64,000 nt of DNA from Eledone cirrhosa (Eukaryota). Below, one piece after another: positions 52,948 through 64,000 of the stretch; positions within the stretch are counted from its first letter, which is position 1; every line of letters begins with the position of its first letter. The stretch is from contig OZ024740.1 in the NCBI GenBank assembly GCA_964016885.1, positions 52,390,001 to 52,454,000 on the forward strand. The letters run 5' to 3'. Below the pieces are notes generated by a model. That model had not been told where the DNA came from. It did no database searches and worked only from the letters and a program-made list of their open reading frames with translations. The position numbers and the translations under genes were made by a program.

Positions 52948-54822
52948 AAAACGGGCAGTGACCCTGTCACGGGACCACCAACACGGCCAGTCTGTGGGGC
53001 TAACATTGCTAGTAACTACAGACTGTCCTACTTCCTCTCCCTGATCATACGCCCCATCATTGAAATGTCCTCAGATGTATGTGACAGCACCAAGACCCTC
53101 CTCAGCAGAATCGGCGAGAGTAACCGATCTAGGGACCTAACAAACTGCATAATAGGTAGTATGGATGTTGTGTCCCTGTATCCATCTATTGACGTGGATT
53201 TTGCTGTGGAGAAATGCGTAGAAATGATCAGTGAGGGCAATGTTGAGCGTGGGATTGATACCAGTGAGCTGGGACTCCTACTTAAACTTACCTATAGTAA
53301 TAATTACCTAGACACATATGACCTTAGCAACCTGTGCCCTACAAGACCAGCAAGAGGCAGACCACCTACCATTACCTCAATGGCCAAGAAAACCCACACA
53401 GATAGATGGAATGGGTGGACCAGAGCCATACGGACACCCGAAAACCACGATGAACTGAAGAAAATGATTGCACATGCGGTAGGGGCCAGCATAAAACTAA
53501 CCCTTAAGGAATATATGTTCAAATTTAATGGAAAAACATATGCCCAAGTGGAAGGAGCAGCCATTGGTGTTAGCATTGCAGGCGACATAGCTAACTTATT
53601 CATGGTATGGTGGGACAGTAGACTTAAACTTAAACTTAAAGAACAATTAGAAGACCCCTTAACCCTGATAATGTACTCCCGCTACGTTGACGATATAAAC
53701 ATCGTAGTTAAGACACCCCCACTAGACAACAGTCAGGAACTAGAGAAAAACACAATGGAAAGCATCCAGCAAATAGCTAACTCCATCCACCAGAGTATTA
53801 GAGTTACTATAGACTACCCAAGTAAACACCCCAACCATCGATTACCTGTACTAGACACAGAGCTCTGGTTAGATACCATTAATAACAAAAAACAAATCCT
53901 CCATTCCCATTATGCCAAACCCATGACTTCCAAACATCTGATCCACCGAAACTCGGCTGTTTCGGACCATACCAAAATCAACATACTGATTGCGGATTTG
54001 GTACAGGTGATGAGAAACGTGTCCCGCATGTGCAACCCCGAAGAACTAGAGAGACACATACAACACTTCATCCACCGTATGCAGTTCTCTGGTTACAATC
54101 AGAGAGATAGAATCAGAGTGTATAGAGGATCCAGAACCAAATGGGAAAAAATGGTAAATAATGACACAAATGGGACCTGCCCTTTGTATAGGAGCAAATT
54201 TTGGAATAGAATAGAAAGAACTAGGAATAAGGCTAATAGAATAAACTCATGGTATGATAGCAATAAATACCAGAGTGTAATGTTCATCGATACAACCCCT
54301 AGAGGTGAATTAGCTTACAAATTTAGAAGGGCCCTACATAAACTCAATATTAAGATAGTAGAAAGACCAGATACCTCCGTAAAAACACTTATTAGCAATA
54401 CATACCCTTTCCAAAGACTCCCCTGTATAGATAAGAAATGTATAACCTGTAAAATAAGCCCCCATATTAACTGTAAAACTAGAAATGTAGTGTATAGCAT
54501 AAGATGTACTGAAGGACAATGTAGAGACAAAAATATAGTGTATATAGGTGAGACAGCTCGTAGTGTAGGGGAACGGATAAATGAACACTGGCGAGACCTT
54601 CAAGATAGTAAAGAATCATCTGTACTCTACCAACATGCTAAAATAGAACATAAGGGTAAATTAGAGAACATACAAATAAAAATAGAATCTACACACAGAA
54701 AAGACGTAATGTTTAGACAAATCACAGAGGTAATAAACATAAAGGCAATAAACATAAAAGAATTACAACCAAAATTAAATAGAAAATATGAGTGGAACAG
54801 CAACATCACAACTTACAATTAA
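52948..54822 (+). CDS. PLE-6 RT-GIY-YIG ORF, 5'-truncated
   Basis: The frame is open from the junction: GPPTRPVCGA, SMDVVSLYPSI, QVEGAAIG, MVWWD, RYVDD, VVY..YIGET.R..ER..EH, PKLNRKYE. Confidence 0.9.
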   Translation, partial: KTGSDPVTGPPTRPVCGANIASNYRLSYFLSLIIRPIIEMSSDVCDSTKTLLSRIGESNRSRDLTNCIIGSMDVVSLYPSIDVDFAVEKCVEMISEGNVERGIDTSELGLLLKLTYSNNYLDTYDLSNLCPTRPARGRPPTITSMAKKTHTDRWNGWTRAIRTPENHDELKKMIAHAVGASIKLTLKEYMFKFNGKTYAQVEGAAIGVSIAGDIANLFMVWWDSRLKLKLKEQLEDPLTLIMYSRYVDDINIVVKTPPLDNSQELEKNTMESIQQIANSIHQSIRVTIDYPSKHPNHRLPVLDTELWLDTINNKKQILHSHYAKPMTSKHLIHRNSAVSDHTKINILIADLVQVMRNVSRMCNPEELERHIQHFIHRMQFSGYNQRDRIRVYRGSRTKWEKMVNNDTNGTCPLYRSKFWNRIERTRNKANRINSWYDSNKYQSVMFIDTTPRGELAYKFRRALHKLNIKIVERPDTSVKTLISNTYPFQRLPCIDKKCITCKISPHINCKTRNVVYSIRCTEGQCRDKNIVYIGETARSVGERINEHWRDLQDSKESSVLYQHAKIEHKGKLENIQIKIESTHRKDVMFRQITEVINIKAINIKELQPKLNRKYEWNSNITTYN

Positions 54823-55023
54823 GGACAAAATGAAAACACACACACACATAGAACAAACAACTAACCGGTAACATGTAAATAAACAAATAAATAAACAAAT
54901 ATAAACACACACAGACACCCGGATGTGGCGCATGCGCAGACTGAGCACACAACACACACACACAAACAAAATGGCGTAGGACAGAACAAAGGAGAGGCAC
55001 AAAAACAAAGAAAAGAATCCCCA

Positions 55024-55066
55024 GTCACTGAAGAGGTCACAGAATGTGTGACGAAAGAACTTTGAC
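55024..55066 (+). ncRNA. Minimal type I hammerhead (PLE-6)
   Basis: GTCA-CTGAAGA-g-GTCACA-gaatg-TGTGAC-GAAA-G-aa-C-TT-TGAC. Confidence 0.72.
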
Positions 55067-55290
55067 AATATATAAACAACTATTTGGTTGTGGAACCAAC
55101 CAACCAACCATAAATTTATAAATTTATAAATTCCTAAGTTTATAAATTTATTATAATAAATTGAAGTGAAAGCAACTGGTGCGTGTGTTTCTTATTGGCA
55201 ACATGACCCACCCAAAGTATAACAATATCGGTTTCAACACACGATTTCAGATAAAAAATCTTGCTAAACAAATTCAGAAACGAAATATAC

Positions 55291-55400
<110 letters not shown>

Positions 55401-55401
55401 T

Positions 55402-55488
<87 letters not shown>

Positions 55489-55497
55489 GATATATAG

Positions 55498-55616
<119 letters not shown>

Positions 55617-55752
55617 GTATATATAATATTTATATATATATATATATATAATATGTATATATATATATATTTATATATATAATATGTATATATATGTATA
55701 TATATGTATATATATATATATATATACATATTATATATATATATATACATAT

Positions 55753-55788
<36 letters not shown>

Positions 55789-55795
55789 CATATTA

Positions 55796-55828
<33 letters not shown>

Positions 55829-55840
55829 GTATATATATAC

Positions 55841-55875
<35 letters not shown>

Positions 55876-55896
55876 CATATATATAGATATACATAT

Positions 55897-56360
55897 ATAT
55901 TGTTATACTTTGGGAGGGTCATGTTGCCAAATTTATAAATTTAGGAATTTATAAATTTATAAATTTATGGTTGGTCGGTTCCACAACCAGATAGTTGTTT
56001 ATATATTGTCAAAGTTCTTTCGTCACACATTCTGTGACCTCTTCAGTGACTGGGGATTCTTTTCTTTGTTTTTGTGCCTCTCCTTTGTTCTCTGTGTGTT
56101 TATATTTGTTCATTTATTTGTTTATTTATGTGTTTATTTGTTTATTTATGTGTATATTTCGTTTCTGAATTTGTTTAGCAAGATTCTTTATCTGAAATCG
56201 TGTGTTGAAACCGATATTGTTATACTTTTGGAGGGTCATGTTGCCAATAAGAAACACACGCACCAGTTGCTTTCACTTCAATTTATTATTATAAATTTAT
56301 AAATTTAGGAATTTATAAATTTATAAATTTATGGTTGGTTGGTTCCACAAACAGATAGTT
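55897..56360 (-). mobile_element. Non-coding partial-tandem derivative of the PLE-6 pLTR (HHR at 56008-56050)
   Basis: Two PLE-6 terminus motifs (55897, 56214) in the same orientation. The tail is joined directly to pLTR-internal sequence, with internal deletions. Confidence 0.8.
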
Positions 56361-56412
56361 GAATTAGCCGTCGAAACGGCTTGAGCTCAGCCATCGGGGT
56401 CTTACTAGTTCT

Positions 56413-57315
<903 letters not shown>

Positions 57316-57951
57316 AAAAAGGGATGAAATCGAAAATGCAACTGAAGTCTTATTTTTTTTTAAATATATATATTTATTTGGTTCCTTTACCGGTTTCGCA
57401 GTTCTTCTGCTTTTCAAAAGGTGAGTTGAGATGGAGGGTCTGTGGTTTTTCTCACATCTGGTTGGTCTCTAAATGTTACTTGTTTTATATGGAAAAGGTG
57501 GCTCGAAAACCAGGTTTTTCGAGAAGTAATTTGATTGGTTTGTCAATAATTATAATAAATTTCGTGCCAGTTCGCGTTACAATAGTTCTTCAAATAAGAG
57601 AGAGGGGGTTGTCACAGGTTGTTTTTTCATATATGAGTGTTTGAATTTCTTTTTACTTGAAAAAATGAGGCTCACGAAGGCTTTTTTTGGTTGGTTATAA
57701 ATGAAATTTGGCTGTCACGTGAACAACTTTTCATTACATTTTTGCGCCCTTATTTGGAAAACTATTCTGTAGTCTTTATAGTGAATGTTATGACAATGGA
57801 GAGATAGTGGTCAAGGGAAAAAGGATTGGGAGAAATGTTCTGGTTCAGTGAATATGGCCAGCTGTCAGAGTTCAGGTGTCAGAGTTCAGATTTTCTATTG
57901 AGACTGAAGATATGTGTTTATTTGTGTGCTTGTGTGTGTGTATATGTGTGT

Positions 57952-58335
57952 AACGATAATCCCAGAAACCATAGACAAAACTATAACCCTACTAACAAAA
58001 ACCAAAGATCCCCGATCACAAGGCAGGACCTGATCCGCAGATCACAACCCACACAAAACCTATTCCAAAACCGTAGACCCCTGCCCACACAGAGCCTGTT
58101 CCAAAACCATAGATCCCAACCCACACAAAGGAACCAAATCTACAACCCGGACTATCAACAAACCGAACCTCAATACGTCCGAAACTTCTATACAAGACCA
58201 CACAACAACAGGGGAAATACCATTAGATATAATAATACCAATGAAAAAACATTCCAGAAAAATCATTTTTTAGACCAAGGCTACAGGACTCACGACACCC
58301 GGTGGCACAAACCGATTTTGAAAAACCGAAAATAA
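57952..58335 (+). CDS. C-terminal part of an upstream ORF (ORF1-like, N/Q/R/P-rich) of PLE-7
   Basis: Open frame from the truncation junction, with 36-bp in-frame repeats (RSQPTQNLFQN). It overlaps the RT frame, which is -1 relative to it. Confidence 0.6.
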   Translation, partial: NDNPRNHRQNYNPTNKNQRSPITRQDLIRRSQPTQNLFQNRRPLPTQSLFQNHRSQPTQRNQIYNPDYQQTEPQYVRNFYTRPHNNRGNTIRYNNTNEKTFQKNHFLDQGYRTHDTRWHKPILKNRK

Positions 58336-60572
58336 TTAACATTTCAAATACAAACCTCTCAGCCCAACAAGTAAAAATTCTCTCCAAAGGTCTGAAATTC
58401 ACACCAACACCACAATATCCTAACCCCAACGAGATAAATGACGATATCTCACACTTCTGTAGAAAATTACGTCTCACAGAGGAATTCTTTGACAAGGAGA
58501 ATAACGACGAATCAATTGTATGGAATAAAAGCAGCTACAACCCAACAAAAGGTAGAAACAGAGTTCTGGACAAATTTTGTGACCACATAGCTACCTTCCC
58601 ATACCATGAACTACCGCAACCTAAACCCAAACCCAACACAAGTCGAAGGGAATGGGAGATTATCCATGAACTAAAAAACAATCCGGACATTGTAATTAAG
58701 GAAGCGGACAAGGGAAGTACTGTTGTCATTATGGAGGCTGAAAAATATAAAAATTCTATGTTCTCTCTCTTACAAAATGCTAATTACTATGAAAGAGTAA
58801 AAAACTACCAGCAATCAAAAATAATGACCAAATTAAACACACTGATTTATCGATACCAGGAAGACCTAACTAAAAAGGAACGCGATTATTTAACAAATTT
58901 TGAATACAAAACCACCAACCTTTACGGACTTCCGAAGATCCACAAATGTAAAATAATCAACGATGCCTGTAAACAATCCACCTCAGCCTGCGTGAACACA
59001 CAATACCCCACAGACCTTAAATTAAGACCAATTGTAGCGGGCCCACAATGTGAAACACACAGATTGAGCAACTTTATAGACATACTACTGAAACCAATAC
59101 TGAAACACATACCAAGCCTTGTAAGAGACGATCTGGACCTCTTAAACCACCTCCCCAAACATGTCAACAACGACACTATTATTGTGTCTTTCGATGTAGT
59201 GAATCTCTACACAACGATCCCACACCAATACGGACTAGAAGCAATAGGATTCTGGCTAGAGAAATATCCCAATGAGATACCTGACAGAATAGAAAAAAGC
59301 TTCATCACCGAGGGATTAAAATTCATCCTACAGAGCAACTTTTTTGATTTCGATGGCAATACTTACAAGCAAATATCGGGGACTGCGATGGGCACAAAAG
59401 CCGCTCCAACTTATGCCAACTTAGTCATGGCATACTTAGAAGTCCAGATATATGAACAGTCCAAATCAAAATACGGATTGAACTTCCACAAATATTTATC
59501 AGAGAATTGGAAACGCTACTTGGATGATTGCCTCATTCTTTGGTCCCACACACTCGACCAACTGAAGGATTTCAAAAACTTAATAAACGGCATCAATAAC
59601 CACATCCAATTCACAATGGAATACAGCCAAGATCAACTCCCATTTCTGGACATCTTAATCTTAAAAAAAGACACAAATATCGAAACTGACATACACTACA
59701 AACCAACAGATTCCAAACAATATCTGCTATTCACCTCCAACCATCCAAAGCACACGAAGACGAACATTCCTTTTAACCTAGCAAGAAGAATTTGCACAAT
59801 TGTCTCCAATCATGAAACGCGAAATAAAAGACTTCAAGAATTAAAGGAAATTCTACTTGAGAGAGAGTACCCACTATTACTAATAAATAATGGAATAGAA
59901 AGGGCTAAAGCAATAGGCATTGATGAATTACGGAAACAGAAACAAATTCAAGGTACGTCCAATATTCTATCATATATCTCAACACACAACCCAAGAAATG
60001 CGGAAGCTTACAACACTATTCACAATAACATCCCACTACTAAAACAAAACCCAAGAATGAAAAAAGCCCTTGAAACACACAAAATAATCAAAAGCAAAAG
60101 ACAACCAAAATCACTGAAAACATTACTCACCAATGCCAAATTACCTACCACAAACCCACAACCAAGTATCAAAAAATGTGGTCGCTCTAATTGTGGAACC
60201 TGCACTCACCTCATTGAAGGCAACACGTATACATTTAAATCAGGACAAAATTTTACTGTAAAAAATCACTTCACTTGCTCATCAAAAAATCTAATTTATG
60301 CCATTAAATGTAAAGGATGCAATTAAGATTATATAGGACAAACTAAACTCACACTCAGAAACAGAATGACAGTTCATCGCCAACAATTACGAGATCAAAC
60401 CACGAGACAGATAACACTAAGTGCACATCTAGACATTTGCGCAAGTAATAAGACACCCAAATTCCAAGTCTTCCCATTTTACCTTTGCGCTAACAATACA
60501 ACAGAACAAATGCGAATAAATAAGGAAAATATGTTTATTCAAAAATATAGACCAACATTAAATAAGGTTTAA
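58266..60572 (+). pseudogene. PLE-7 RT-GIY-YIG ORF with one premature TAA (60324-60326)
   Basis: LSKGLKF, KEADKGS, YGLPKIHK, RPIV, SFDVVNLYTTI, GTAMG, RYLDD, FLD. LIYAIKCKGCN*DYIGQT continues in frame to PTLNKV* at 60572. Confidence 0.92.
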
Positions 60573-61755
60573 TATACATTATGTCAACACCACAATATGA
60601 CATACACACACACACATAACACCTTCTACTTTAGAAAATAAAAACCCGAACTAAATAAACCTTAAACATACGTTTGCACTGGCAATACAACAGCAAACAC
60701 GAAAAAGTCAGGAAAATATGTTCATTCAAATATATTCCTACTAAAGGAATCATTTTCCTACACACACACATACACACACACAATATATATATATATTCTC
60801 TTCATCTTAACATGCTAACCATACTCCCACACACATAACACCCATACACACACATAACAACCCCCACACCTACAACACCCTCCCCATTTCTACTAATAGA
60901 ACCACTTTCCTACACACATATATATATACACACACACAAAATATATATTCTCTCTATCTAACATACTCGCACACACACACATAACACCCATATACACACA
61001 CAACTCCCTCCCCCATCTCTACTAATAGAATCATCTTCCAATACACACATACACACACACACATATACACACACACAAGCACACAAATAAACACATATCT
61101 TCAGTCTCAATAGAAAATCTGAACTCTGAAACCTGAACTCTGACAGCTGGCCATATTCACTGAACCAGAACATTTCTCCCAATCCTTTTTCCCTTGACCA
61201 CTATCTCTCCATTGTCATAACATTCACTATAAAGACTACAGAATAGTTTTCCAAATAAGGGCGCAAAAATGTAATGAAAACTTGTTCACGTGACAGCCAA
61301 ATTTCATTTATAACCAACCAAAAAAAGCCTTCGTGAGCCTCATTTTTTCAAGTAAAAAGAAATTCAAACACTCATATATGAAAAAACAACCTGTGACAAC
61401 CCCCTCTCTCTTATTTGAAGAACTATTGTAACGCGAACTGGCGCGAAATTTATTATAATTATTGACAAACCAATCAAATTACTTCTCGAAAAACCTGGTT
61501 TTTGAGCCACTTTTTCCATATAAAACAAGTAACATTTAGAGACCAACCAGATGTGAGAAAAACCACAGACCCTCCATCTCAACTCACCTTTTGAAAAGCA
61601 GAAGAACTGCGAAACCGGTAAAGGAACCAAATAAATATATATATTTTAAAAAAAAATAAGACTTCAGTTGCATTTTCGATTTCATCCCTTTTTCTTTATA
61701 CTTCCACTCGTGTAGGACACCTCGGTTATTTTTCATTTTGTAAAAAAAACATCAC

Positions 61756-62765
<1,010 letters not shown>

Positions 62766-64000
62766 AGTATTAGTTATACTATTTATGGTTATGTAAACAC
62801 AAAACCTTAAGCAGTTGTAAGTATTTTACACACACCCTAAATAGTGGTAGGCAGTAATGTATTACTACCTTATTACCAGTAAGTTAAGTAGCTCAATGTA
62901 AAAACATCAGATGATTTACAGAGCAGTTATATGAAATATAAGAATCAAAGAACTGTTCAAAACATTATTGTGCTTACAGCTGTTTCCTCCAAACCGAGGT
63001 TTGGATTCTTCGGAGCAATTTATTAATGCATGGACAGTTATATGACCTCCTTTTCAGCCGAGAGACATACCAACACATATTCAAACATTGATACATATTC
63101 AAACATTGTGGGTCAACATTCATTACAGAATTTAGATTGGCAGTACACACTTCGAGATTACATTTATATTAATAGGTACAATCAAAAATCAAAGATATAG
63201 GTTAAAGTACAACATGAAGATAAGTGGTTATATAGTGCAAATGTTATATGTGTGGCACGCATGTGCGTCTTGTTTATATAGTGTGGCAGAGAGATATGTG
63301 TGGTAGAGGCACTTAGGTAGGTAAATAAGAGTGTTAGGTTGGTAGATCTGGTGGCAAAGTCTTTATATGATTGATATAGTCTGTGTGTGGAGAAATATTA
63401 TAAGCATTAAAGATAGTGCAAGCATTAAAAGTGTTATAAGTATTGGAGATGCACAGCGCAGGGATGTCAAGTAATTCATGTACTTCGGCATTTTCATGGT
63501 CAAGGGAGTGTATATTTCGATTATATGCCTTTCACATAATCCACGACAATCCAGTTAGAGATCGTAGTCTGGTGTTCTTTAGTTCGATACAGGAGGTTGT
63601 TACGTTTCGAGAAACGCCATTGAATACCGGAAGTGTGTGTGTGGCTAAGGGGAGTTAATGCATGCGGGGAGGTAACTCTGGGGTTTCTATATCTAGCCAT
63701 TAAAATGTGTCCCAATATAGACCCTAAATTCTATGGTGAGGTGCACCTTCCAAGAGAGACTTTTAAAGCATAAAGTGTACTAACTATAGAGTAGTTTAAC
63801 TAAATTATGCTGAAGGTGATCATATTATTATTAAGGTGGATTAACCCATCTTAAGGTGCTACAAATGGAAATTATAGCTGATGAGCGAGGATTCTAAATT
63901 AATGATCTCTGTGGTTGTAGTCTGCTCATATGACCAGGCGCGGTGACTGCAGGATTGCTTCAGGACCCAATGATCTCTGGTAAGATCTGGGTCATCGCTT
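62766..64000 (-). mobile_element. Another PLE-1 copy (3' end with tail; HHR at 62970-63018), running off the window
   Basis: Reverse complement of about 12045-13280 with scattered substitutions. Confidence 0.93.

Larger units (their letters stand above)
52395..55290 (+). mobile_element. PLE-6 (clade unassigned), 5'-truncated with inverted arm
   Basis: 52395-52948 is approximately the reverse complement of 54657-55228 (diverged). A tail of about 60 bp spans 55229-55290. Confidence 0.9.

Noticed and set aside
61410-61460. TTGAAGA...GAAA motif in the PLE-7 3' region as a hammerhead
   Set aside because: It has a C3U change and a poorly formed stem II. Possibly degenerate, but not supportable. 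No convincing HHR was found in PLE-5 either.
63855-63935. GAAA...CTGATGAG antisense in the PLE-1 UTR as another hammerhead
   Set aside because: No valid NUH with paired stems, and the two other copies read ATGATGAG.

Overview
Eukaryotic, gene-free, very AT-rich window, probably octopus/cephalopod (inferred from SINE and RTE tail motifs). About 15 interrupted (TA)n tracts host a nest of Penelope-like retroelements (PLEs; RT + C-terminal GIY-YIG endonuclease) from at least six families: three with MGSSDSA...GGLYRDD RTs (Hydra-clade-like), two Neptune-like, and one MVWWD...YVDD type with a related fragment. Six insertions are head-to-head inverted structures, with arms up to about 6 kb and a 3' end facing (TA)n at each visible outer end. 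Several carry type I hammerhead ribozymes (HHRs). Three unrelated non-coding 550-750 bp repeat units contain a hammerhead core in the order cleavage site -> GAAA -> CUGAUGA, which is not a circular permutation; stems I and III covary across the three. They look like retrozyme-like parasites. One Neptune-like PLE has an upstream ORF joined to an AUG-less RT ORF by an in-phase U_UUU_UUA slippery site. Also present: two non-autonomous Helitrons, a hAT MITE, RTE and CRE-like LINE remnants, a SINE fragment, a 200-N gap and a probable haplotype/assembly duplication. No host gene was recognised; the I/Y/C/V-rich ORFs are microsatellite artefacts.
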